Part shown: piece after piece, positions 17,782-26,334 of the stretch
Position numbering within the stretch: position 1 is the stretch's first letter
Layout: every line of letters begins with the position of its first letter
Origin: an uncultured Bdellovibrionales bacterium
Lineage (GTDB): Bacteria; Bdellovibrionota; UBA1018; CAIPTA01
NCBI GenBank assembly: GCA_964612065.1
Contig: CAZTCD010000001.1
Location: 7,013-71,012, forward strand
Direction of reading: 5' to 3'
DNA length: 64,000 bases
Translations under genes and position numbers: made by a program
The notes under the pieces: generated by a model
Database searches by the model: none
What the model was told of the DNA's origin: nothing
The model's input: only the letters and a program-made list of their open reading frames with translations

Positions 17782-19975
17782 GTCACAAGATTTAGGCTGG
17801 CTCATCCGGGATAACAGCAACCGGGTCAGGGGGCCCTTCAAGCACGCTGAAATCGTCCAGCTCATAAAAAAGGGACAGCTCAAGGGAAAAACTGAAATTT
17901 CCAGGGCCAATTCATATTGGTTTGCCATAGAGGAAAAAACGGAGTTGGGGCGTTTCTTTCCTGAATTCAATGGTGGGAAGCCTCCTCCTGAGGCGCCTAC
18001 TCAGATGACTGCTACTCTGACCGAGGCTGACATTCAAGACCGCGTGGATATTACAACTTTCACGTCCTTGAAGCCCACCCAGGAAAGCGAGGGCAAGCTA
18101 GGGTCCCCAGAAGGGCTGACGTCGGGAACCGGGCAGATCGAATGGCTGAATGATGAGTTCGCACAGGAATTTGGTGATGATTTAGGTGTAACCATTTCAG
18201 TGCAGACCGATGCTTCCGCTCTTAGGCAGACTCCGAACGAGATCCCTGGAGCGCCCTCTCCTGATGCGGATCCGGTAGTTCAGCCGGAAATAAATCCTGA
18301 CGATGAGAAAACTCATCCTGCGATCAGTGAGGAGAAAGCCAAGCAGCAGGAGATGCTTCGCAGAGCGACTGTGAAAGCAGATACCTTGCCCAGTGAACAT
18401 AAGAGCTTTCAGGGAGACAGGCCAAAACCCATAGATACGTTGATGCGAGCGCGCAGCTCTGGTGGGCAGGTGCCTTCGCAGTCGTCTCACGTGATCAATG
18501 TGCCGGTAGAACCGGAACCGGCTCCAAAAATGTTTTTGGAAGAGCCTGATGCCAAATCCGAGGAAAATAAGCGCAGAAAAAAGTTGTTGATTGGCATTAC
18601 GGCTGTTTTTCTGGCGGTGATTGCAGTGGGTTTAGTGTTCTTTTTGGTATCGAACGCCGATAAGCGAAAAGGATCCATCGAACCGGTACGACCGGCACGA
18701 AAAGGAGAGGAAGCTTTTACTGCTGTAAGGCAGGCGATCATTCTATTTGATCTCGAAGGGGCCAGAGGTGCACTTACTGAACTGGAGCAACAACCAAATT
18801 CCAGATCGGATGCCTCTCTATCTCTCGCCCAGGCGATTGTAAAAAAGGAATTTCTGTTTGACGTAGAGGGAGCTTTGAGTGCCTTGCAAATCGCGAAAGG
18901 GCAAGTCAAAGCGAAGCGAATCGAGGCTGAGGTAGACAACCTCCTGGCCGTTTATAGTTTTGATCGGGATCCCGCTTCCTCTTCCGAAATGCTGAAGCGC
19001 AATCTTGAGAGCTGGAAAGAGGATCCGGTTTTCAAATATAACCTCGCGCTCAGTATGCTGCGCACCGGCCGTCCTCAAGAGGCTATTCCGGTTCTGGATG
19101 CTTTGTTAAGCGACCTTTCAGGCGACAACGCTCTAATCGAGGATGCTGCTTTAGTGCAAGGATGGGCGTTGGAGGCCCACTGTGGGGGGGGATCGCGTGA
19201 TTTGATTTGCCGAAGAGGAACCGACGCAGAGTCTTTTTACGAACGAGCGCTACAAGCCAATCCTTATTCGGCGAAGGCTCGGTTGGGATTGGCTCTGCTT
19301 AGAATGAGAAGGGGGGGAATAAGAGCATCGGAGGGTGACTTTCGCGCGTTTCTCGACTCCGCCCTTGAGCTTGACCCACCTTCCAGAATCAATAATTTTC
19401 GAAAACTTGCGAATTCCGACTTTTTTATATTCGCGCACAATCAGATCGTGGAACTGAATACGCCTGGCCAAGCCGTGACTAAACCTTCACCGATTGTAAT
19501 GGCAGCCGATGCAATCATCTCGAGCATGCAGCTAAAGACTTCCGAGGCGGGCAAGATTCTTGATACTGCATTGTCTGCGGCGCCAGGGGATCCGAACGTA
19601 CTTAAGGCGCTTGCTTATCTACGTTGGAAAGAGGGGCGTCTAAATGAGTTGGTGGAGGCATTGAAGGATCTTCGGGATCGGAACAGTTTTGCAGTGAACT
19701 TGATGCTTGGCAAGGCGTACTCCAAGCTTAGAAAGCGCCAGCTCGCCGAAAAACACTACAGGTCATTGGTAGATGGTTTCCCTAACCGTTCGGAGGGGCA
19801 CTCCCTTCTCGGAGATCTGCTTCTTGACGACCCTGCGAAAGCAGAGGAAGCAAAAGCGGAGTTCCAGTTGGCACTGAAAAAAGATCCCCTGGATCTCACG
19901 GCTTGGCGAGGTCTTCAGAGAGCTGGCGCTCCAATCGTACTATCTCCAGAAATTCAGAAAAATCTTCCGTATTGA
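17774..19975 (+). CDS. DUF4339 (GYF-like) domain, TM segment and TPR-repeat protein
   Basis: The N-terminus has a GYF-like motif (WLIRDNSNRVRGPFKHAEIVQLIKKGQLKGKTEISRANSYWFAIEE). The TM segment is LLIGITAVFLAVIAVGLVFFLV. The C-terminal half consists of TPR-like helical repeats. The start overlaps the alr stop (ATGGATGA). Confidence 0.6.
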   Translation: MDESQDLGWLIRDNSNRVRGPFKHAEIVQLIKKGQLKGKTEISRANSYWFAIEEKTELGRFFPEFNGGKPPPEAPTQMTATLTEADIQDRVDITTFTSLKPTQESEGKLGSPEGLTSGTGQIEWLNDEFAQEFGDDLGVTISVQTDASALRQTPNEIPGAPSPDADPVVQPEINPDDEKTHPAISEEKAKQQEMLRRATVKADTLPSEHKSFQGDRPKPIDTLMRARSSGGQVPSQSSHVINVPVEPEPAPKMFLEEPDAKSEENKRRKKLLIGITAVFLAVIAVGLVFFLVSNADKRKGSIEPVRPARKGEEAFTAVRQAIILFDLEGARGALTELEQQPNSRSDASLSLAQAIVKKEFLFDVEGALSALQIAKGQVKAKRIEAEVDNLLAVYSFDRDPASSSEMLKRNLESWKEDPVFKYNLALSMLRTGRPQEAIPVLDALLSDLSGDNALIEDAALVQGWALEAHCGGGSRDLICRRGTDAESFYERALQANPYSAKARLGLALLRMRRGGIRASEGDFRAFLDSALELDPPSRINNFRKLANSDFFIFAHNQIVELNTPGQAVTKPSPIVMAADAIISSMQLKTSEAGKILDTALSAAPGDPNVLKALAYLRWKEGRLNELVEALKDLRDRNSFAVNLMLGKAYSKLRKRQLAEKHYRSLVDGFPNRSEGHSLLGDLLLDDPAKAEEAKAEFQLALKKDPLDLTAWRGLQRAGAPIVLSPEIQKNLPY

Positions 19976-19982
19976 GGTTTGC

Positions 19983-21176
19983 TTGCTACACCCATTTCAC
20001 GCAGCATTTTATTCGGCTAGAAATCGGCAACAGCTTGCTCAACTTGTAGTTTCAGATCTAGATACAACCGAGCATCTCTGGGGGGGGCGAGATTCGAGCA
20101 AGTCATTTCGAAATGTTCTTGTTGGTGCAACTGAACACCGGGGCGAGATATGGCAGGCATGGATCAGTAGTGGAGAGGTAGATTTAGCGGATGATGATGG
20201 ATTTTATGTGCTCCATCAAAGTCAGCGATTGGAGGGGAGATTAATAGACAGGTGGGCCCTGTACGGAGCTATAGGTGTTGAAGACCAGGGATTGTTTATC
20301 CATGAGGACGTGTTGCCGGAGGGCGTGGAGCGGGCCAGGCAAGGAACTGAAGCCTGCGAGAGTGACTTGGCGCCAATTTTTGTCGGGTGCGAGGAAAGCA
20401 AGGGGCTTTTGCTCCGAGAGCTTCTCTCGTCCTATTGTCGGGAAAGGAAACCTTTTCTAAGATTCGAGACATTGGAACAAGGGGCACACACGGTTTGGGT
20501 GATGGATGGTGCAGAGGCAGTTCGTCAGGCAAAGGAACTCTTCGCTGGGACGCCACTTTTCTTGTTGGATGGCCATCATCGTCTCGCCGCAGCCAGGGAA
20601 AACTTTCGTCTGGGCATGGGGGATGGGCGTATCCTGGCCTGTGTGTGTTCCATGGCTCCTTCGGATACGTTGATCCTGCCAATTCATCGTGCTGTAAACT
20701 ATGAGAGATGGATGCTTCCAGACGCGCTTTTTGCTGATTTGGTGAGGTCGGGCTGTAAGCTGACTGAGTTAGACTCTTTGCGCGTGTCCGGAATAGCGGA
20801 CTATTTGAATGGGCATCACTCGAGCGGCCCGTATTGTATAGTGCAGCACTCTCATTCGACGAAACCCACCTTGGTGGAGTTGCCTGCGGTTTTATCTCTG
20901 CCAGAACAGCTGGCAGACCTTTCGGTGGCGGCTTTAGACACCGGAGTTTTGGGTGAGCACCTTCAAGCTACCGTAATGCCCGTGCCAAGTGTGGATATGG
21001 CTCTGCAGCAGCTGGCACTGGATCAGGCTCAGGCTGCATTTTTTCTTCCAGCCAGTAGCCCTGCTCAAGTTCGATCAGTAGCACTTGGAAAGCTTCGGAT
21101 GCCGAGGAAAAGTACTAGGTTCGTTCCGAAACCTGCTTTGGGGCTTCTTTGCCGTCCGTGGACCTCGACTGGATAA
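19983..21176 (+). CDS. DUF1015 family protein
   Basis: The family N-terminus (.PF.a..Y) is present as MLHPFHAAFYS. The signature DGHHR motif appears in FLLDGHHRLAAAREN. A TTG start lies 4 nt after a GAGG. Confidence 0.6.
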   Translation: MLHPFHAAFYSARNRQQLAQLVVSDLDTTEHLWGGRDSSKSFRNVLVGATEHRGEIWQAWISSGEVDLADDDGFYVLHQSQRLEGRLIDRWALYGAIGVEDQGLFIHEDVLPEGVERARQGTEACESDLAPIFVGCEESKGLLLRELLSSYCRERKPFLRFETLEQGAHTVWVMDGAEAVRQAKELFAGTPLFLLDGHHRLAAARENFRLGMGDGRILACVCSMAPSDTLILPIHRAVNYERWMLPDALFADLVRSGCKLTELDSLRVSGIADYLNGHHSSGPYCIVQHSHSTKPTLVELPAVLSLPEQLADLSVAALDTGVLGEHLQATVMPVPSVDMALQQLALDQAQAAFFLPASSPAQVRSVALGKLRMPRKSTRFVPKPALGLLCRPWTSTG

Positions 21177-21210
21177 TTCTAAAAAAAGCGATTTGATGAG
21201 GTCCCGATGA

Positions 21211-21531
21211 TCAACTTCGCCCTAAGCGAAAGTAAATTTCGCGGATCAGATTTTTTCCAATCGCTTCATTTAGTTTTCTCTGGATTAGGTGGCGCTTCGA
21301 AGTAAGCTCCGTGGTCCAGATGGGGTGTTTGGTTTCGACGAATAAAATGCCGTTTTTGAAGCTAACAGGCACTGCTTGTCTGGAAACGTCGTTTCCCACA
21401 GCTTTTGGCCATGCTCCAAATACCGCGGTTTCATCTCCAAGCTGTTTGGGCATTTTTTCCGAAAAGAACCCCTTAAGAAGGTCACCGATTTTTGTTGGCT
21501 GAAGATTTTTTCTCGGAGGTTTCATAGCCAT
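21211..21531 (-). CDS. DUF721/DciA-like protein
   Basis: The pattern AWPKAVGNDVSRQAVPVSFKNGILFVETKHPIWTTELTSKRHLIQRKLNEAIG matches the DUF721 (DciA) domain. This is a small basic protein. Confidence 0.5.
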   Translation of the reverse strand: MAMKPPRKNLQPTKIGDLLKGFFSEKMPKQLGDETAVFGAWPKAVGNDVSRQAVPVSFKNGILFVETKHPIWTTELTSKRHLIQRKLNEAIGKNLIREIYFRLGRS

Positions 21532-21569
21532 GCATTTTTGTACCAATCAACCTATGGTATAGACAAGGC

Positions 21570-22142
21570 ATGCTATTTTGGAGGGAGTTTACGCTTTGCG
21601 CAATAATGGGCTTATTGGTAGGCCATGGTTCTGGCTGTGCGTATCGACTTCAGGGAGCTCATAATCCTCTTAAAGAGCTGGGAATTGAGAGAATTTATGT
21701 GGAGGGATTCCGTAACTCCACGTATCGACCAGGTATTGAGCATCTTTTTACTACGGCAATGATTCGGGAGATCGGTCGAGCTAAAGCCTTTAAGCTTGTT
21801 AATTCGGCTAAAGAAGCAGATGCGGTACTTTCCGGAACAATCACCGGGGCTGACTCCTCTCCAGGTTCTACCAAACAGGTCACCGTGGATCGGCGTGCTG
21901 TAGGAGTGGTCGTGGAGTACAATGCCAGCGTGGTGTGTGCCGTTGAACTACGTGATCGAAGGAACAAGATCGTCTTTTCTCAGAGTGTTACTGCCAGTAA
22001 GATTCATCCTGGTTCGGCACAATTGGGTGATGCCGGAGCAACCGCGCCTTTGATTAATGACTCAGAGCAGAGGCTTGCTATACATTTTCTTGCATCGCAG
22101 ATGATGGCATCTGTCTATCAGAGGATGATCGATACTTTCTAA
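21570..22142 (+). CDS. lptE: LPS-assembly lipoprotein LptE-like
   Basis: A lipoprotein signal ends in GSGC and is followed by AYRLQG. It sits directly upstream of holA with a 0-nt gap, the conserved lptE-holA arrangement. Confidence 0.55.
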   Translation: MLFWREFTLCAIMGLLVGHGSGCAYRLQGAHNPLKELGIERIYVEGFRNSTYRPGIEHLFTTAMIREIGRAKAFKLVNSAKEADAVLSGTITGADSSPGSTKQVTVDRRAVGVVVEYNASVVCAVELRDRRNKIVFSQSVTASKIHPGSAQLGDAGATAPLINDSEQRLAIHFLASQMMASVYQRMIDTF

Positions 22143-23147
22143 ATGGCCAACATTAGCGAAAGCAAATTGAAAGAAGAGCTGCACAAGGGCCGTTTGCGCT
22201 CATTGTATTTTCTTGTGGGTAGCGATGCATTCAAACTCGACTATTATGCCGAACAGGCACTCCGAGTGCGCTTTCCGGATGGCCAACCAATACTTCGGGA
22301 GATTGTGTACGGGGATGAAGTGGATCCGGCTACGCTATTGGATAGCGCGCGAACCCTTTCATTGTGGGATCCCCATAAGTTTATTTTGGTTAGGCAGAGC
22401 GAGCGCATCTCTGCGAAAACGTGGGAAGCATTGCTGCCCTTTTTAGAGATGGAGTTTGATCGTTGTACTGTGTTTTTTCAGTGCGCAAAAATTGACGGAA
22501 GAATGAAGTTTTTCCAAGCGCTCTCGAAAGCTGGAGAGCATGCAGTGCAAGTGAAACTCGACCCCAGTTCTGGTGGGGAGTGGAATAAATGGCTTCAGGC
22601 TTTTCTTAAAGATACCGGAAAAGAGATTTCGGATGAGGCTAGACCGATACTTCAAGAGTGGACTGGTGATTCTTTGATCGAGTTGAAGCATCTCGTGGAT
22701 CGAGCGGCTCTTTTTGCAGGTGGCGCCGATGAAATTCGCCGTGAGCATATTTATGCTGTTGGCTACAAGGCTAATCCTGAGGATGTCTTTCGACTGAGTG
22801 GTGGAATATTGTCCGGAGATCGGGCGGCGGCACTTGTGATGATGGAAACCCTGATGAGGCAAGGGGAAGAGCCGATTGCTCTAGTGGGTATTTTGGCCAG
22901 ACAGTATCGTTGGTTGCTTGGAATTCTTGCGCTTCGGGCTGAGGGCAAAGGTGATCAGAGTATTGCCTCCGAATGTGGAATATATCCGGGCGCTGCCAAA
23001 TTGCTTTTTCCAGCCTCCAGGCGTCTTGGTGGCAAAGGTGTGGTGAAGAGCCTTGTTGCGCTGGCCGAGGCGGATCACATGTTGAAAAGTTCCAGGCTGC
23101 CACGAGAGCACGTGCTTACCAAGCTGGTTCTTACGCTTACAGCCTAA
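22143..23147 (+). CDS. holA: DNA polymerase III delta subunit
   Basis: The N-terminus LRSLYFLVGSDAFKLDYYAE is typical of HolA. It is 334 aa and sits in the conserved position after lptE. Confidence 0.75.
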   Translation: MANISESKLKEELHKGRLRSLYFLVGSDAFKLDYYAEQALRVRFPDGQPILREIVYGDEVDPATLLDSARTLSLWDPHKFILVRQSERISAKTWEALLPFLEMEFDRCTVFFQCAKIDGRMKFFQALSKAGEHAVQVKLDPSSGGEWNKWLQAFLKDTGKEISDEARPILQEWTGDSLIELKHLVDRAALFAGGADEIRREHIYAVGYKANPEDVFRLSGGILSGDRAAALVMMETLMRQGEEPIALVGILARQYRWLLGILALRAEGKGDQSIASECGIYPGAAKLLFPASRRLGGKGVVKSLVALAEADHMLKSSRLPREHVLTKLVLTLTA

Positions 23148-23166
23148 ATTCGAGATTTCGGAATCG

Positions 23167-23210
23167 AAAAAACGAAACCGCCGGCATATTGCCGGCGGTT
23201 TGCTTATTTC
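23167..23210. terminator. bidirectional intrinsic terminator between holA (+) and rpsT (-)
   Basis: An 11-bp perfect stem AAACCGCCGGC/GCCGGCGGTTT (23175-23185 and 23191-23201) has an ATATT loop. It is flanked by an A6 tract upstream and a T-rich tract downstream. Confidence 0.7.
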
Positions 23211-23233
23211 AGGTTGCTTACCTACCGTAAAAA

Positions 23234-23515
23234 CTACTTCGAAGCAGCGGTACCCGAAATGGCTTTATTCCGGGCGCGGTGGATTCTCGACATCTTGCGC
23301 GCGGCACGTCCCTTTGGAATAGTTCCTTTTTGGGCGGCTTTGGCCAATGCGGACACTGCTTTGGAAACTGCTTCGGCAGCGGCCTTGGCGTCCGTCTTAA
23401 TGGCATCCATAGCCTTGGACGCTACCGTTTTCACGGTGGCACGACCAGCGCTACGGCGGGCATGACGTTTGATGTTTTGGCGGTTGCGCTTCTCAGCGGA
23501 TTTTACATTAGCCAT
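23234..23515 (-). CDS. rpsT: 30S ribosomal protein S20
   Basis: MANVKSAEKRNRQNIKRHARRS... is the canonical S20 sequence. A GAGGAG Shine-Dalgarno sits 6 nt upstream. Confidence 0.95.
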   Translation of the reverse strand: MANVKSAEKRNRQNIKRHARRSAGRATVKTVASKAMDAIKTDAKAAAEAVSKAVSALAKAAQKGTIPKGRAARKMSRIHRARNKAISGTAASK

Positions 23516-23518
23516 TTC

Positions 23519-23983
23519 TTACTCCTCGTCAAAGTTCGAAGAGGAAGGAGACCATGGATCATCATCTTCGTCTTCGTCAGTGTCATTCTCGTTATACTCT
23601 TCCCAGCTTTCCGTTTCTTCGTCCTGGTCAACGTCTCGGTCTTCATCCAGACCCATATCGCGATTCTTCTCTTGATACTGCTGGGCTTTGAAAAGAGACG
23701 CACCAGCAACGCCCACGCCAAGGCCAGTAGCGGCGGAGGCGATGCTCTTCAGGTTATCGGTCTTGGATGCTTTCTTGGGAGCTGCGGCTTTCTTAGGGGC
23801 AGCTTTTTTGGTCGCTTTCTTAGCGGTTTTTTTAGGGGCAGCTTTTTTGGTCGCTTTCTTAGCGGCTTTCTTAGCGGTCTTTTTCACAGGCTTCTTGGCT
23901 TTCTTAGCGGTCTTTTTCGTCGCCTTTTTTGCGGCCTTCTTTGCGGTTTTCTTGGCAGCTTTCTGGGCTTTTTTCTTGGCCAT
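23519..23983 (-). CDS. Lys/Ala-repeat histone-H1-like protein with a central hydrophobic segment and an acidic C-terminal tail
   Basis: An AGGAGA Shine-Dalgarno lies 6 nt before the ATG. The N-terminal roughly 90 aa consist of AKK(A/T)AKK repeats. The central segment is LKSIASAATGLGVGVAGASLF. The C-terminus is a D/E-rich tail with two Trp (EETESWEEYNENDTDEDEDDDPWSPSSSNFDEE). The gene ends 4 nt before the rpsT start. Confidence 0.6.
   Translation of the reverse strand: MAKKKAQKAAKKTAKKAAKKATKKTAKKAKKPVKKTAKKAAKKATKKAAPKKTAKKATKKAAPKKAAAPKKASKTDNLKSIASAATGLGVGVAGASLFKAQQYQEKNRDMGLDEDRDVDQDEETESWEEYNENDTDEDEDDDPWSPSSSNFDEE
23793..23870. repeat. two tandem near-identical 39-nt direct repeats inside the H1-like gene, with further degenerate copies to about 23950
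   Basis: TTAGGGGCAGCTTTTTTGGTCGCTTTCTTAGCGG(T/C)TTT occurs at 23793-23831 and 23832-23870. CTTAGCGGTCTTTTT recurs at 23869 and 23910. Confidence 0.8.
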
Positions 23984-24070
23984 GGGCTCTCCTAACAGTC
24001 CTGAAATAGAGTTGAAAGATGAGTGAAATCGCCCCTAGTCTTCCCATGGGATAGGCCAATTTACAAGGGG

Positions 24071-26323
24071 CTAATGCCGCACTTTACCTAGGTCATCCTG
24101 GATACGGCCAGCGCCTCCACCGGCATCAAATCGAGAGAAAGGATTGCTCCAGTTGGTGTCGGGGCTCACGGGGTCATTCGTGCCAGTGCCACCAGCGGCC
24201 AAAGACCGAAATGAGATGAAACGCACAGAGTAACCGGAGCGTCCGATATCCGGACCCAGCTCAGAATTCATAGGGATATTACCAGGGGGTTGCAGATCCT
24301 GGTCTCTGGCCGTTTTCTGGTTGTTCCAGGAGGTAAGCTGGCGTCTCTGGGCGTTCGGGGTTGCGGCAACCGTATAACGCTGCCCAAAGGCCTTCACGTA
24401 TCCTAATAGGTCCCTTTCGTCGTTGAGGAGGGGGTCGGGAATATAGTGGTTTACCACCTGATTTTGGCTCTCCAGGTAGCCAAATAGAATGGCCCATTTG
24501 GCATCGCTCATTACGCCGTTAAGGAAGGATCCGAACTTTCCTTCCAGAGTGCCGGCGTCGGCTGGGCCCCCGTTCAGGTACTCTGCTACCCGCAGGCGAA
24601 GAAAGCCCAAGCCAGCATTGGAGTTTACGGGGAAGAGAGGGGCGGCGAGGGTGAAAAATTTGCCCTCATAAACGGGGTTATCCTCAAAGAGGCCGATCTG
24701 CTCAGGTTCATTATAGTTGGCAGGAACCGTGTAATATCCGACTTCCCAGGGTGCATAAGCCCCTGAGAGCCGAGGTCCTAAATCGAGGCGATCTAGAGAG
24801 CGCATGGCTCCATTGATGTAGCCCAGGTGGGCATTGGTGGTAAATCCGCCAGCCTGGGAGTCCGAGTCGGTGTTGGACACAAGTGGATTGGGAAACCGGG
24901 CCGAAGTTAGGGTGTTTAGAATTTCCCCCTGGGTAGTTTTGCCCAGTGCGATCATTTGATGAAATTCGGTTTCGTCATCGTGGGAGAGATCTTTGCCAAT
25001 ACGGGAACCAAAGGGTTTGGCAGCTGAGTAGGCCGAGAGGGTTACGATTCCGTTGCCGCCAAAAGGAGAAAACAGAAGCCGAGCCTTTGCCTGAAGACGC
25101 ACAGCATAGTAGGTCACCAGCCCTGGATACTTCGACACGCCAAAGGGGAAATGAGGAATAACCCTGTTTTCTCGGTACTGAAAACAGTCTCCGCGGTCCA
25201 ATTGGCCTCGAGTTTCGAACTTGGAGTTGGCCACTGTTACTCTCGCGAACTGATCTTTGAACTTCACGAGGACCGGCGGGTTCTGGATAAATCGGTTGTC
25301 AAAACCGGCCCCTGTACTTGGAGCGCCGGGCTGGCTGGGAATGAGTTCGGTCATTTCAATATTTGCGAAGATCCCGTTGTCTCCCCCGATTCCAGGAAGA
25401 TTGTTTTTTGCACTGAGGTAGGCCTGAATCGGGCGTTCATAGTAGTCGAGAGTTTTTCCGCCCCCTTGTGCTGCGTTTCTCAGGGCTCCCATCGTTTCTT
25501 CTGTAACGGTGATCGATCCTACGCCTTCATTTGCGAGATTTAGATTTAAGGCTTCTTCATAGTTGTCGATTCGGGCTCTAAGAATGGCTTGTCGGGGCAA
25601 AACACCTACACGCTCAAGGCCATTTGTGAAAGGAAATGGATCTTCCGTATCACGTCCGATAGTGAGCATGGCGTCAGCCCCTTGAATCGGGCTCAAATTG
25701 AACAGCCAGGAAATCAGGAACTGCTGGTTGATTTCGGTTCTGCCTAGGCAGTCCGCGATTTTCTTTTCGATGATTTGGTTGGTTGCCGAACGAACCGCGG
25801 CCACAATAGGATCTGCCACACCCCAGGATCCGCCGCCCTGAAACTCAGGAATCCCGGGAACTCCATTTTTTTGACAGTAGTTGTTGGTAGCTTCGAAGAT
25901 TTTGCACACGGATGGCAAAAATGGCCCGCCAGTTTCGTTGGTATTTTCCCTTGGATCAACAAACGCGAAGTCATGCCGGTCGTCCCCAGGGTGCTGAACG
26001 CACATAGGAATTCGGCGCCCTGTGAAATCGAAGGGGAAGCAGGGCATGGCTTCGTAGTTCCCTCTAATGGTATAATAAAACATAAATTCTTTGAGTGCCC
26101 GGCGCATCTCCCAATTCAGGTATCCCACGGCCGTGAGCTGGCGGGCCTGAACGGCAGCTCCTGAATAGGAGGCGGCGTCGGCCGCATTCTGCAAATTGAT
26201 CTTTGCATGAACGAGCATGCCTACGTTCGTTGTGAACGCGAACATGATGATCATCGTAAATATAAACAGGGCCATGAACAGTGATGTCTGGCCGCGCTCA
26301 TCCCTGAGCCTTCTTATGCGCAT
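24071..26323 (-). CDS. large TadE/TadG-like (Flp-pilus pseudopilin N-domain) protein
   Basis: The N-terminal TM helix is SLFMALFIFTMIIMFAFTT. It is followed by NVGMLVHAKINLQNAADAASYSGA, matching the TadE/G-like LQnAADAAALAGA motif. The remaining roughly 680 aa are Gly/Asn/Pro-rich with no recognisable vWA MIDAS motif. Confidence 0.6.
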   Translation of the reverse strand: MRIRRLRDERGQTSLFMALFIFTMIIMFAFTTNVGMLVHAKINLQNAADAASYSGAAVQARQLTAVGYLNWEMRRALKEFMFYYTIRGNYEAMPCFPFDFTGRRIPMCVQHPGDDRHDFAFVDPRENTNETGGPFLPSVCKIFEATNNYCQKNGVPGIPEFQGGGSWGVADPIVAAVRSATNQIIEKKIADCLGRTEINQQFLISWLFNLSPIQGADAMLTIGRDTEDPFPFTNGLERVGVLPRQAILRARIDNYEEALNLNLANEGVGSITVTEETMGALRNAAQGGGKTLDYYERPIQAYLSAKNNLPGIGGDNGIFANIEMTELIPSQPGAPSTGAGFDNRFIQNPPVLVKFKDQFARVTVANSKFETRGQLDRGDCFQYRENRVIPHFPFGVSKYPGLVTYYAVRLQAKARLLFSPFGGNGIVTLSAYSAAKPFGSRIGKDLSHDDETEFHQMIALGKTTQGEILNTLTSARFPNPLVSNTDSDSQAGGFTTNAHLGYINGAMRSLDRLDLGPRLSGAYAPWEVGYYTVPANYNEPEQIGLFEDNPVYEGKFFTLAAPLFPVNSNAGLGFLRLRVAEYLNGGPADAGTLEGKFGSFLNGVMSDAKWAILFGYLESQNQVVNHYIPDPLLNDERDLLGYVKAFGQRYTVAATPNAQRRQLTSWNNQKTARDQDLQPPGNIPMNSELGPDIGRSGYSVRFISFRSLAAGGTGTNDPVSPDTNWSNPFSRFDAGGGAGRIQDDLGKVRH

Positions 26324-26334
26324 TATTGTGAATT

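Noticed and set aside
23793-23950. Possible CRISPR-like array, given the direct repeats
   Set aside because: The repeats are contiguous, with no spacers, and in-frame within a coding sequence where they encode AKKATKKAAPKKT units. There are no cas genes in the window. They are coding tandem repeats, not a CRISPR array.
23279-24026. Plus-strand ORFs (23279-23995 and 23688-24026) encoding Leu/Phe/Gly-rich 'proteins'
   Set aside because: They are the antisense reading of the Lys/Ala-codon tandem repeats of the H1-like gene. The minus-strand gene has a strong Shine-Dalgarno, sits directly upstream of rpsT and has coherent protein features. The plus-strand frames are low-complexity artefacts.
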